A stretch of DNA of 64,000 bases from Mobula hypostoma (GCF_963921235.1 NC_086101.1:9922001-9986000), one strand, 5' to 3'; shown: positions 1 to 13,000, numbered from the stretch's first letter. The notes: generated by a model not told the origin, from the letters alone. Made by a program: numbers and translations.

Positions 1-75
1 ACTGAAATCCATTTGCCATTCTACGGCTCACTGGTCAAGATGATCAAAATCCCGTTATAATCTCGGAAAAACCCT

Positions 76-290
76 GGGCACCATGGTAATGCAGCAGATT
101 GGGCAACGTTGTTACACCTTGAGGCATTCAGGAGTTCAGAGTTCGATTCCAGTGCTGTCAGTAAGAAGGATGTACGTTCTCCCCATGAACATGTGGGTTT
201 CCTCCGGGTGCTTTAGATTCTTCCCACAGAACAAAGACATACCCGTTAGTCGCCTAATTGGTCACTGTAAATTGTCCTGTTTCAATTCTA
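76..290 (+). mobile_element. tRNA-derived V-SINE (HE1-like)
   Basis: B-box-like GAGTTCGATTCC plus V-domain-like ctccccatgaacatgtgggtttcctccgggtgct...cccaca; paralogous copy at ~36930-37130. Confidence 0.65.
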
Positions 291-1569
291 TAGACAAGGC
301 ACGGAAGGAGACTGACCTAATGCCGACCAGTTGGATGAGTGTAGATGGGTAAATAGGTCAGCACAGAGGTGATGGGTTGAAGGGCCTGTTTCTGTGCTGT
401 ACGGCAATGACTCTGTGACCTTAAATGAGTTGAATGACTGAGACCCCACAGCCCTCTGGTGCAGAGAATTCCAGATACACCATCCTCTGAGGGTTCACCC
501 CATCCTGAGACAGTGACCCCTGACCCTCGACTCCTCAGACAGGGGAAACATCCTCCCTGCATTCTGTCTGTTGAGCCTGGGAAGAATTTTGTGATTCCCT
601 GAGATCTCCTCTCATTTTTCTAAAGAGGGAACATAGAACAGTACAGCACCGGAACAGGCCCTTCATTCAATGTGACAGTGACTGATAGATACTGGCATCA
701 GTTCCTCTTCTGTACCAGTTCCCCAAAACCTCAATCTCTCCATCTTTCAAAATTTTACCTAACTCCACCTTAAACATATCCAATGATCAGGCCTCACACA
801 ATCTTCTGGAGGAACTGAGTGGGTTAAGCAGTACCTGTGGGAGGAAAGGGACAGTCGATGTTTCGGGTCGAACCCCTACATCAGGACTGAGAGTGGAGAG
901 GGGAGATGGCCGTTTTACAGAGGAGAAGGGGAGTGATGTGTCAGAAGTCTGAAGTGACTGCGGACTGAGGAGGAGGGCAGGTTGTTCCAGACAGGGAAGG
1001 GGTGGGGGTGTGGGCTGGAGTTGGGTGACCGTGCTGGAGTCAGACACAGAGGATGAAGTGAGAGGGCGATGGAACAAGGAGGGTGTGAATGAATCTCATC
1101 AGGAAAGGAGGTGATAATGGGGACCGTTAGGAGAGAGGTGAATGGCAGATGGAACCAGAACCAGATGGGCCGGGGTGAGAAGCATGCAGGTGAACCATTA
1201 ATGCAGCTCCCCACAAGCCCACCTCCAGCACCCCATCACCCACATTCCACTCAGTCCTGATGCAGGGTGTCAGCCCATTCAGGATCAATATGGTCACTGA
1301 TATCTGGAGTCACAGGAAATGACAGAGGCCATTTATGTGTTTCCCATGGAGACAGGTATGGGAGATGGGGAATTAAAGCAAATGAGTCGTTATGTCTTGG
1401 AACGTATCCATATTACAAAAGAGGAATGTAGATTGGATTCACAATTGGCTTGGTCACAGGAGACAGAGGGCTGTGGTGGAGGAGTGTTATTCTGTCTGGA
1501 CGTCTGTGACGAATAGTATGGCACAGAGTTCAATGCTGGTAACTCTGTGGGCTACAAAATTTAAAAAAA

Positions 1570-3800
1570 ATGTGCAGATGCTGGAAATCCAAGCAACAGA
1601 AACAAAATGCTGGAGGAACTCAGCAGGCCAAGCAGCATCTATGGTGAAGAGTGTTTCAAACCGAGACTCTTCAACAGCACTGGGGAAAAAGGACTGGAAG
1701 TTAGACCAAGGGGGTGGTGAGAAGGGAGCAAGAAGTGCAAGGTAGCCGGTCATAGGTGAAACTGGGAGAGGGGGAGTGTGAAGTAAAGAGCCGGGAAGTT
1801 GATAGGCGAAAGAGGTAAAGGACTGGAGAAGGGGGAATCTGATGGGAGGGGCTGAAGGCCATGGAAGAAAGGGAAGTGGGAGGAGCACCAGAGGGAGGTG
1901 ATGAGCAGGTAAGGAGATAAGCAGAGAGGGGGAAATGGGACTAGCAATGGTGGTGGAGACGGGGGGCATTATCAGAAGTTCGAGAAATCGATGTTCATGC
2001 CATCAGGTTGGAGGCTACCCAGACAGAATATAAGGTGTTACTCCTCCTGCCAGAGTGTGGCCTCATCACGGCAGTAGAGGAGACTGTGGACTGGCATGTC
2101 AGAATGGGAATGGGAAGTTGAATTGAAATGGGTGGACACCAGGAGATCCCACTTTTTTGCGGTAGGTGCTTGGCGAAGCAGTCTCCCAATCTACAGGATG
2201 CCACACCAGGAGCACCGGATACACTAGATGACCCTAACAGACTCACAGGTGAAGTGTGGTCTTATCTGGAAGGACGGCATGGGGCCCTGAATGGTAGTGA
2301 GGGAGGAGGTGTAGGGGCAGGTGTGGCACTTATTCCGCTTGCAAGGATAAGTAGCAGTAGGGAGATCAGTTTGGACGGACGAATGGACAAGGGAGTCGCT
2401 TAAGGAGCGATCACTACGGTAAGTGTGGGGGGGGGTATATATGCTTCATGGAGGGATACCTTTGAAGATGGTGGAAGTTATGGAGAGTTATGTGCTGGAC
2501 ATGGAGACTGGTGGGGTGGTAGGTGAGGGCAAGAGGAACTCTATCCCTGGCGAGCAGGCGGGAGAATGGGGTGACGACAGACATGCGAGAAATGGAAGAG
2601 ATCTGGCTGAAGGTAGCATGGATGAGGGAGGAAGGGAAGCGCTTTCTGTGAAGGAGGACATCTCCTTAGTTTTGGAATGAGAAGCCTCATCCTTAGAGCA
2701 GATGTGGTGGAGACAGAGGAACTGAGAGTGACTGGGTGCAGGGAGCTCTGAACCAGAGAGTTTATAAAAGATATCAGTAGATAAACTGTCTCCAGAGACA
2801 GAGGCAGAGATCGAGAAAGGGGAGAAGGCTGTCAGAAGTGGACCAGGTAAAATTGACGCCAGGGTGGAAGTTGGAGGCAAAGTTGATGAAGTTGACGAGC
2901 TCAGCATGGTGGCAGGAAGCTGCACCAATGCAGTCGTCAATGTAGCATAGGAAAAGTTGGGGAGTGACACCAGTGTAGGCATGGAACATAGACTGTTCCA
3001 CGTAGCTGACAAACAGACAGGCATAACTGGGACCCATCCAAGTGTCCATGTCTACCTTTTGCTTGAAGGAAGTGGGAGTAGCCAAAGAGAAATAATTGTG
3101 AGTGGTGGGAGGACAAGTTCCAGTCAGAGGAGAGTGGTGGTGGAGGAGAACTGGTTGGGTCTGTTATCTAGAAAGAAGCAAACAGCTTTAAGGGCCTGTT
3201 GATGGGATTAGAGGTGTATAGGAACTGGATGATCAGGGCCAGCTGGGGTGGGAGTAAGATGGAGTCTCCATGGACCCAAGAGCTGATGATGGGACCTGAG
3301 ATACGCAGGACTGCAGAGTGGTGGTGGGGGAAGGGGAGACTGAGGTTCCAGTGGAACGTGTAGAGTCTAATAATCTTGAGCAGATTCAGAACCCAGACTC
3401 CACCACCGTCAATGTGGATTCCAACGGCCTGAGACACTTTCAAAGTGCCTATTACACAGCCTCCAACTCCAACTACAGCCTGGCGGTGTGGTCGGTCAGG
3501 ATCCAGGCTGTAGTTGGAGTTGGAGGCTGCATAATAGGCACTTTGAAAGTGTCTGAGGCTGTTGGAACCCACATTGATGGTGGTGGAGTCTGGGTTCCGA
3601 ACCTGCTCAAGATTATTAGAACTGTTGGGGTCGGCAGTAGAGATTGCTGTCTGGGGATGTACATGGCTGCCGGCTTTGGAGACAGCAGGTTCTGTGGTCT
3701 GTATGTGGGCAATCTTCCGATCCTTGCCTGTGCATATATGTGGGCTGTACACTTACAATGATATCAATTTGGTGGAGTTCTGGATAGCAAGAATGTTGTT
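1570..3800 (-). mobile_element. Degenerate Penelope-like retroelement (RT and GIY-YIG remnants)
   Basis: RT motifs MGPSYACLFVSYVEQ...FLCYIDDCIG...LPFLDL (2774-3085) and endonuclease remnant RLGDCFAKHL; frameshifted. Confidence 0.85.
3366..3620. repeat. Long inverted repeat (two ~118-bp arms, 19-bp loop)
   Basis: 3366-3483 is the near-perfect reverse complement of 3503-3620. Confidence 0.9.
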
Positions 3801-5007
3801 AAAGGAGCAGTACATCATATAACAGTTGGAGATCTGGATGGAGAAACGGCTGATGGGAGTTTAACCTGGACTAGTGAGAGAGGTTACATTTTGGAAAGTT
3901 AAATGTGAGGGAAATTATAGAGAAGATGAGAGGACCCCAGAAACATTGATGACAGAGGGGTATCAGGGTCCAAGAGCACAGCTCCTTCAAGTGGCAGCAC
4001 AAGTGTAGAGTGTGGTCAGGGAGGTGTAGGACAAGTTTGATTCATGGTATGTATTGAATTTGGAAGTTGGCAAGTTCTGTTGCAGCTGTATGAAACTTTG
4101 GTAAGGTCTCACTTGGAGTGTTGTGGAGACCACAAGAGACTACAAATGCAGGACCTCCACCTGAAACTTAGTCTCTGCAGATGCTACCTGACCTGCTGAG
4201 TTCCTCCAGCAGCTTCTTTTTGGATTTGGAGTTAAAATAATAACAATATAAAATATACTTTGTCCCAATAGTAATATCTACAACTGGTATCATCCCAAAG
4301 TCACCACACAATAGCATTGAACAATTAGGCCTACACAGCAATATTTATGTAAATCTCCAGAAAGCGTCATTACTAAACCCCACTAGAATCGTCTGAGAGT
4401 TCTTAGCAATTGCTAAATTGGCTATTCCCATACCTCTGAGAAAGAACTAAAAATACAATAAGAATAAGAATAGGAAGAATTTATTTATTGAGCAATTTTC
4501 ATACAAATGATGTAACTCAAAGTGCTTTACAATGGGATAAAGTGCAAACCTGAAACCTGTTAGTTAACCAGCAAATAAGTAGGAATAAGTAGAAATGGAT
4601 ACAACAGCCATGTTTAAGAACCATTTCGACATACACAGGAAGGGGCAGGGAATGGAGGGATATAGAATGTGGGCAGACAGGTGAGATTAGTTTAATTAAG
4701 TCTCACGGTCGGCACAGACACAGTGGGGAATGGTTTGAAAGGAATGTTTGCCATCTGAAGATCATAGAAACCAAAGCATTAAAGAAAATAAATCTGGGAA
4801 ATGACATCTTCAAATATATCACATTACAAAAGAAGAAGAGCTGGTGAAATCTTGACCGAGGTCAATGCTGGTTGGTGTGTCAGCTCAGACTGACAATGTT
4901 TCAATGTGCAAACACGAGGAAATCTGCAGATGCTGGACTTTCAAGCAACACACACAAAAATTGCTGGTGAACGCAGCAGGCCAGGCAGCATCTCTAGGAA
5001 GAGGTAC

Positions 5008-5043
5008 AGTCGACGTTTCGGGTCGAGACCCTTCGTCAGGACT
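5008..5043 (-). ncRNA. Minimal type I hammerhead ribozyme motif (Penelope-associated)
   Basis: AGUC-CUGACGA-A-GGGU(CUCG)ACCC-GAAAC-GUC-GACU: complete core, helix I AGUC/GACU, perfect helix II, palindromic ACGU helix III. Confidence 0.75.
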
Positions 5044-6115
5044 AACTGAAAGAAGAGATAGTAAGAGATTTGAAAGTAGGACAGGGAGGGGGAGATCCAA
5101 AATGATAGGAGAAGACAGGAGGGGGAGGGATGGAGCTAAGAGCTGGAAAGTCGATTGGCAAAAGGGATATAAGAGGATCGTGGGACAGGAGGCCTAGGGA
5201 GAAAGAAAGGGGGAGGGGGATGGGCAAGGAATATAGTGAGAGGGACAGAGGGAGAATAAAAAGAGAGAGAAAATATATAATAAATAAATAACAGATGGGG
5301 TACGAAGGGGAGGTGGGGCATTAATGGAAGTCAGAGAAGTCTTTCCCTCCCCCACCTCTCTGCTTTCCGCAGGGATTGCTCCCTATGCGACTCCCTTGTC
5401 CATTTGTACACCCCCCCACCATCCCTTCCCACCAATCTCCCCCCTGGTACTTATCTTTGTAAGGAGAACAAGTGCTACACATGCCTTTACACTTCCTCCC
5501 TCACCACCATTCAGGGCCCCAGGCAGCCCTTCCAGGTGAGGCGACACTTCACCTGTGAGTTGGCTGGGGTGATAAACTGCATCTGGTGCTCCCGATGCGG
5601 CCTTCTATATATTGACGAGACCTGATGCAGGCTGGGAGACCGTTTCGCTGAACACCTGCGCTCTGTCCACCAGAGAGAGCAGTATCTCCCACACATTATA
5701 ATTCCAAGTCCCATTCCCACTCTGATATGTCTATCCACGGCCTCCTCTACTGTCAAGATGAAGCCACACTCAGGTTGGAGGAACAACACCTTATATTCTG
5801 TCTGGGTAGCCTCATTGACTTCTATAACTTCCGTTAATGCCCCACCTCCCCTTCGTACCCCATCCGTTATTTATTTAATATATATTTTCTCTCTCTCCCT
5901 TTTCTCCCTCAGTCCCTCTCACTATACTTCTTGCACATTCTCCCTCCCCCTTTCTTTCTCCCTAGGCCTCCTGTCCCATGATCCTCTCATATCCCTTTTG
6001 CCTATCACCTGTCCAGCTCTTGGCTCCATCCCTCCCCCTCCTGTCTTCTGCTATCATTTCGGATCTCCCCCTCCCCGTCCTACTTTCAAATCTCTTACTA
6101 TCTCTTCTTTCAGTT

Positions 6116-6151
6116 AGTCCTGATGAAGGGTCTCGGCCCGAAACGTCGACG
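6116..6151 (+). ncRNA. Minimal hammerhead ribozyme motif
   Basis: agtc CTGATGA a gggt ctcg gccc GAAAC GTC gac. Confidence 0.7.
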
Positions 6152-6968
6152 TACCTCTTCCTAGAGATGCTGCCTGGCCTGCTGCGTTCACCAGCAATTT
6201 TTGTGCGTGTTGCAATGTTTCAATGTGGTGGTTTGATGATAACAGTGAGCTCATGAGACCAGCAGGGGGCAGACCTGAGTCTGCAGTCACGAGCAGGGTA
6301 AGCGGCAAAGGAGGGACTCGTGTGTACCTTTCTGAAAATACCGGTCACCACACTGATACAAGCTTTATTTTATTTTATTTAGCGATACAGTGCAGAACAG
6401 GCCCTTCTGGCCCAACGAGCCTCACTTAACACTAGCCTAATCACAGGACAATTTACAATGACCAATTAATCTACCAACTGCTACATCTCTGGACCACTTG
6501 GAGCAAACCCATGCAGTCAAGGGAGAACGTACAAACTCCTTACATACAGCGTTAGAATAAAGCTCTGAGTACTGACACCCCAAGATGGAACAGCTTCACG
6601 ATAACCGCAGTGCTACAGTGCCTGCCCTTTATTCCCTATAATGTCAGTAAGTGAATACTAATTCTCCAGCTTATGCGGTAGGATTCACACTCGTGTCCTG
6701 TCGGGTTGTACAGTCTGAATGGGACCAGGATTCAGTGGTTCATCGAACAGTCCCGTGTATTGGTTGTATTGTGCCCCTGTGTCGGAGTGTTCAGGGGTCT
6801 GACATCTCCAACTGAGCAACTGACAGTGACATTTCCCAGCAGATAGGATTGAGACTGGAATAAAACTACAGTTCCCCTTCAGCTCATTATAACAGCCAAT
6901 CTTTGTTTCTAATTTTAGTTAAAATTGTGTCTTATAAACAAGGACAAATAAATCAGTGTAAGTTTTAC

Positions 6969-7087
6969 CTTGATTAATGGAATCAAGTGTTTCTCTCAAC
7001 GTTGTGCTCAACAAATAGGGATGATCAAATTTTTCGACTGGCAGGGCAACATCTGTCACTGACAATTGTTGATAATGATCACTAATT
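6969..7087 (-). CDS. TRIM-A exon 5, 119 nt
   Basis: ttgcag|AATTAGT...CAAG|gtaaaa; ISDHYQQLSVTDVALPVEKFDHPY... Confidence 0.9.
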
Positions 7088-10000
7088 CTGCAAATATAAA
7101 AGTGTTGATTATAAACTGCAATGTTGAACTATTTTACAAATCCGTACAGAGATTCAGTAAAGAACATATCCTACCTGTTCTTCTGACGAGCTTCCTCCTG
7201 AAATAAATAAAACACAAAACTGAATAGACTTCGACTTACTGTACACATCTGGAATTTCATCCAAATTATTACATAGTGTTGGAAATTCCCAATCCCACAA
7301 TCATGCATGCACTCATGCATGAATAATACAGAACCACAGGGTAAATTGGAAGGAATACTTCGGAAATTAGACCATAAATGAGAGGATGAAACTTACAGAA
7401 AAGAGTGGACAGTTTGTGCATTTTTATCTGGGTATGCTATCAGGGAGGGTCGCTTGGAGGAATTTAAGATTCTGAATGGAGTTAATGGGGTGGGAGTGGA
7501 GAAAATATTTCTGCTTGTGCAGAGACCAAAAGTCAAAGATAAAACATCAGTTGGTCGTTAATAAATGCCACAAGGAATGTGGTGAAGAGAATGTGGAAAT
7601 CACTGCCACAGGGGTGGCTAAGGTGGAACAGCAGAGAAGGAATGTAATGGGGAAGCTGGATAAAGAAATGAGGGACCATGGAATTCAGGACACTGTTACT
7701 GGGTGTGGTGAGTAGGTGGGAGGAGGCTTGTGCAATATGCAAGTTGGTAGGAGCAGATGGGCTGAAAGGCCAGTCAATGATAGGGAATGGGACTTAATCC
7801 CGTGTAATCCCATATCTGAAAACACAAACAAGTGAAAATCTGAGCAACACACACAAAATGCAGGAGGAACTCAGCCAGCCAGGCAGCATCTATGGGAAAA
7901 AGCACAGTCAATGTTTCAGGCCAAAGCCCTTCAGCAGGACAGAAGGATTTCAGCCCAAAACATTAACTGTACGTTTTTCCATCGATGCTGCCTGGCCTGC
8001 TGAGTTCCTCCAGAATTTTGTGTGTGATACAAAGAAACAGTGTAGGTTTCCCTTAAACTTCTAATCTAAGGAAAAGTGGATTTACCTGTCGATGATAAAT
8101 CTGATGTGTGGGTCACATTCTGGATTTGACCCTTTGTTCTCACTGATTGACAGAGAGACCCTCACCCACAGCACCAGTCACACAGTGTGTGACTGGAACT
8201 GGATTTTAATGTGAGTTTCAGGGATATTTGACATCGGAATTAAGGAAACAATCGCCAGTTCAGTGTTATATTCAGAGTAACTCATTCACAAGATTACAGA
8301 CTGTCCTCTGATGTACAAACACTGTGGATGTCCAGTTTCAGGGACAACAGTCCTGAACGTCGAAACAAATGTCTGTCTTAAATCAGTTTACAACCACTTC
8401 TAAATGTCACGTTTACCTCAAGCATATTGATACCAATTTTGTCCATGTTTATAAAAACAAATTGAAATATAGTCTTACCTTGAGAAATATCGCACTCTCT
8501 TTTTGATCCATCTGTTCCTGTAACCTTGAGATTTCGTCCTGAATAGAATTTAAATTTGCTTGTATCTTTTGAAGATTTTTCTCCATTGGATTTAGAATTC
8601 TCTCCTCTTCTTCCCTGAGCTCTCTCAGTTTGCGCTGCCCTTTCTCAGTGAGAATCTGGTGCAGTTCAACAAACTGCACATTGACATGGAACTGAAGGGT
8701 TTGTGACTGTTCCTGTCAAATGAAAGGTGAAGATTAATTTACTATATTACTTTGTTGTATTTCCCTCCGACATGGAAGGTGTCTGTTCAGCCCATCAAAT
8801 CTATATTGTTTCTCAGAGCAATCACATCAACCCCGTTTCCTCACGTTTTCCTGAATAATTCACATACCCCATCTCAAGGTCAAAGTTCAATGTAAATTTA
8901 TTATCAAAGTACAAATATGTCACCGTATACAACCCTAACGTTCCTTTTCTTGCAGGTAATCACAGTAAATACAAGACACACAGTAGAATCAATGAAAGAC
9001 GGCACCCAACAGGGCAGACAACAGCCAATACACAAAGAAAAAAACAAACAGTACAAATACAAAAAGGAGGAAAAAAGAAATAATAATAATAATAATAATA
9101 GTAACAATAATAAATAAGCAATAAATATTGAGAACATGAGATGAAGTGGGACCAGTACAGTAATGGGGCGAGTGAAGTTATCCTCTCGGGTTAAAGAGCC
9201 TGATGGTTGAAGGCTAATAACTGTTCCTGAACCTGGTGGTGAGGGTCCTGAAGCTTCAGTACCTTGTTCCTGATGGCAACAGCAAGAAGAGTGCATGGCC
9301 TCGATGGTAGGGGGTCCCTGATGATGGATGCTGTTGTCCTGTGACAGCATTACATGTTGATGGGCTGGTGTGGAAGGCTTTACCCGTGATGGACTGGACT
9401 GTATCCATTACTTTATCACAGCTTTTCCATACAAGGGCATTGGGGGTTCCATACCAGGCTGTGCTGCATCCCATCAATATAATCTCCACTACACGTCTAT
9501 AGAAGTTTGTCAAAATTTTAGATGCCGTTCACAAACTTCTCAGAAAGCAGAGGTGCTACATGCTTTCTTCGCAAAGGCATTTAAGTGCTGGGTGCAGGAC
9601 AGATCTTCTGAAATGATAACACCTTGAGATTTTATATTGCTGATGCTCTCCACCTCTGATACACCAATGAGGATTAGCTCATGGACCTCCATTTGCATCC
9701 TCCTGGTCAATAATCTCCACCTTTGTCTTGCTGATATTGAGGGAGAGGCTGTTGCTGTGGCACCACTCAACCATATTTTCAATCTCCCTCCTATATCCTG
9801 ATTCGTCACAACCCTTGATCTGGTTAGTGACAGTGATGTTATGAGAAAACTTAACTATAGCATTGAAGTTGTGCTTAGACCCACATTCAGAAGTACAATG
9901 TGAGTAGAGCATGGGGCTAAGCACACAGCCTGTGGGGCTCCTGTGCTGAGGGGAACTGTGGAGATGTTTTTGCCAACCTGAACTGACTGAGGTCTGAAAA

Positions 10001-13000
10001 TTGAGGATTCAGTCACACAAACGGGTATCGAGGCCTAGTACTGGAAGCTTACTGATTAATTTTGAGGGGGCAGTAGTTTTGAATGCCGCACTGGAGTCAG
10101 TGAAGTGCATCCTGATGTATGCATCTTAATTGTCGAGATGTTCCAGGGTTGAGTGAAGAGCCATTGAAATGGCATCTGCTGTTGACCTGGTGTGACGTTA
10201 GGCAAATTGAAGTAGATCCAAATTGCTTCTCAAGCAGGAGTGAATATGTTTCATCAACAACCTCTCAAAGCACTTCATCACAGTGGATGTAGGTGCCACT
10301 GAGGATAGTGATTGAGACAGGTTCTCTGCTCTTCTTAGTTACCGGTGTTATCAGGTTCATTTTTTCCTGTGGACTGTCACTTTAAAAAACCGAGAGATTT
10401 CGGCTGACAGCAAAATTGCTTGGTTACGATGGTGAAAGAGGTGGAGTTGTTTGATGGACAATGAATGTTTATGGTTTCTCGCGGCTTGTTTTGAATAAGC
10501 AAGGTCAGATGACCCTTTTACAGACACACATAGAGAGACACATGCTCAGAGTCGAGATGGTTTCGATCAAGGAAAGACACCAGTGAGTGAGGTCGCTGGT
10601 TTAAACTTTCAGTAGCCCAAAAGGGGTGAGATGAGATCAATCCAGAGTATTGATAATTGACTCTCACAAAGTACTGCAACTAGAAGAAGTTTTCAGAGGA
10701 AGAGCAGGGGAGGGAAAGGTTTGAAACAGAAGAAGCCTAGTGATAAGGAGATCACTGTTTGGACTCTTTTCTAAGTAGCCCGTAAGGGTGAGTTTGATTC
10801 CATTCAAATACGGAAGTGTGATTGTCAGATAGTTAATCCACAGGAGTGGGTTCTCTGGTGAGGGGAAAACCTTTGTGATTACCATGTGTGTGTTTACCCT
10901 TTGTGTGTGTGTGTGTTAGTTCACTGAAGAAAGGCACCCCTGTGGCAAATCACTGAGTTATTTCGTATGTCGTGGAACTTGATAAGTGGCTATCACGTTG
11001 TGTGTTTGGGGTAACCGTGCGGAATCTACCAGTGTGTCCTCCCTTGCCTGGGTGGTGGTTCCCTTGAAGGTGGTCCCCTTTGTGATAAGCTACTGTTGGT
11101 GATACTTTGTGTGAGGATTCAGAGGACAACGGAGAAATCGACAACACATGCTTATTTGTTTTTCTCCTACCGTGGATTTCGCCTTGGATTACAAATATCT
11201 CCCTCATCACAACTGTGCATTTGAACTGAACTGAACTTTCTTACGTACCATCGTAAGACTGTAACTCTTGCCACCTGAGCTTGAATAAGTTTGGGAACTT
11301 TATTTCTATACCTATATATGCATAACACCGTTAACTCTTGATTTACCTGGTTTAAGTTACTGTATGATGTAGTTACTAATAAAATAGTGTTTTGTTAACA
11401 GTAAAACCAGACTCCAGGTGTGTTCTATTGCTGCTGATACTTTTAGTGTTGCGTGCATGTAACCGAAACTTTCCCTAGGGTTGCGTGTACATAACACTGG
11501 TCAAGCTGCTTGAAGCAAATGGGTACATCAGACTGCGGAAGTGAGAGGTTACAGATATCGGTGAACACTCCAGTCGGTTGATTAGCACAGGTCCTTAGGT
11601 CTCAGTCAGGTACACGGTCCGGGCCAGATGCTTTCCGTGGGTTGACCCCCTGGAAGGACACTCTCATTTAAGCCTCAGAGACTGAAACGGCAGGATCATC
11701 GGGGGTTGTGGAAGTTCATGAAAATACTTCCACATTTTGATGGTCAAAATGAGCATGAAAAGCATTGAGTTCATCTCGGAGGGAATTTTTGCTGTCACGT
11801 ATGTATTTTGGTTTCACTTTGTAAGAGATGTCATCATTCAAGCCCTGCCACAGCTAGCAAACATCCTTCAGTGATTCAAGTTTGGTCCAGAATTGCCAGT
11901 TTGCAAGTTAGAGAGCTTTCTGGAGACTATAGCTGGTTGCCTCACCTGAATACCACTGATCTGGTTCATCCAGGGTTGCTGGTTAGGGAAAATTCTGAAT
12001 GATTTTGAGGGACAACTCATTTACAACTGTTTTTATAAAGTCTGTAATAGCCATGATGAGTTCATTCAGATCCTTCCATGAGTCCTTGAACATGGCACAG
12101 CCTACTGACTCGAAGCAATCGTGTAGCCTCTCCTCAGCCTCCTGCAACTACCCCTGTGTTGTCCTTATCTGTGGACTCTTGCTCTTTAGCCTCTCCTGGA
12201 TGCAGGTAGGAGGAGGACAGCTAAGTGATCAGATTTCCTGAAATGTGGTCCAGGCATGGAATGATAAGCTTTCCTAATCATAGTGTAACAATGTTCAGGA
12301 GTGTTGGGACCCCTGGGGGTGTAGGTGACACGTTGAAGATATTTAGGCAGAGTTATCTCCAAACAAGCCTGATTGAAGTCCGCAACAATTACTTGAAATA
12401 CATCGGGATAGACTGCTTCCTGTTTGCTAATTGTGATGCACAATGTATCGAGTATTTTTTTTTAATATCTACTTTTGGTGGTATGTAAATTGAGGTCAGG
12501 ATCAGAGAGCTCTCTCGGTAAGTAGAACAGTCAGCACGCAATCATTAGGAGTTCCAGCCCATGGGAACAAGAGTGCGTCAAGCCCGCTGCATTGAGCACC
12601 ACAAGGAGTCTGTCATGAAAAACAGACATCATCTTTTGCTTTGTCCAAATTAGCAGTCTGGTCCATGTGGTGAATCAAGAAGTCTTCAGGTCTTACTGAC
12701 ATACCTGGTACGTGTGGAGTGAGCCAAGTCTCCATGAAACACGGAACGCAGCAATTCCTCATTTCCCTCTGATGCACCAATATGTCCTGAGATCCTCAGT
12801 CTTGTTCTCCACCAACTACATATTTGCTGACAAGAGGCTGGCAGAGGGAGTTTCATTCCTCTGCGTTCAAGCCTGGATTGGAGTGCTCCCTTTCTCCGTC
12901 TCTTCTAGCCATGGCGATAAACCTTCATCTACTTAAACATGCAGTAATTGCATATTTGAGAGTTAAGTCCATGAGTCCTTCAGAGGATCATGGAATCGCT

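Larger units (their letters stand above)
4909..6212 (+). mobile_element. 5'-truncated Penelope-like element with inverted terminal copy and 15-bp TSD
   Basis: GIY-YIG segment CKENKCYTC...FTCELAGVINCIWCSRCGLLYIDET; ~4945-5340 is an inverted copy of ~5815-6212; TSD caatgtttcaatgtg at 4894-4908 and 6213-6227. Confidence 0.88.

Noticed and set aside
3168..3761. Two overlapping opposite-strand ORFs (194 and 147 aa) with similar peptides
   Set aside because: A by-product of the DNA palindrome within a decayed retroelement.
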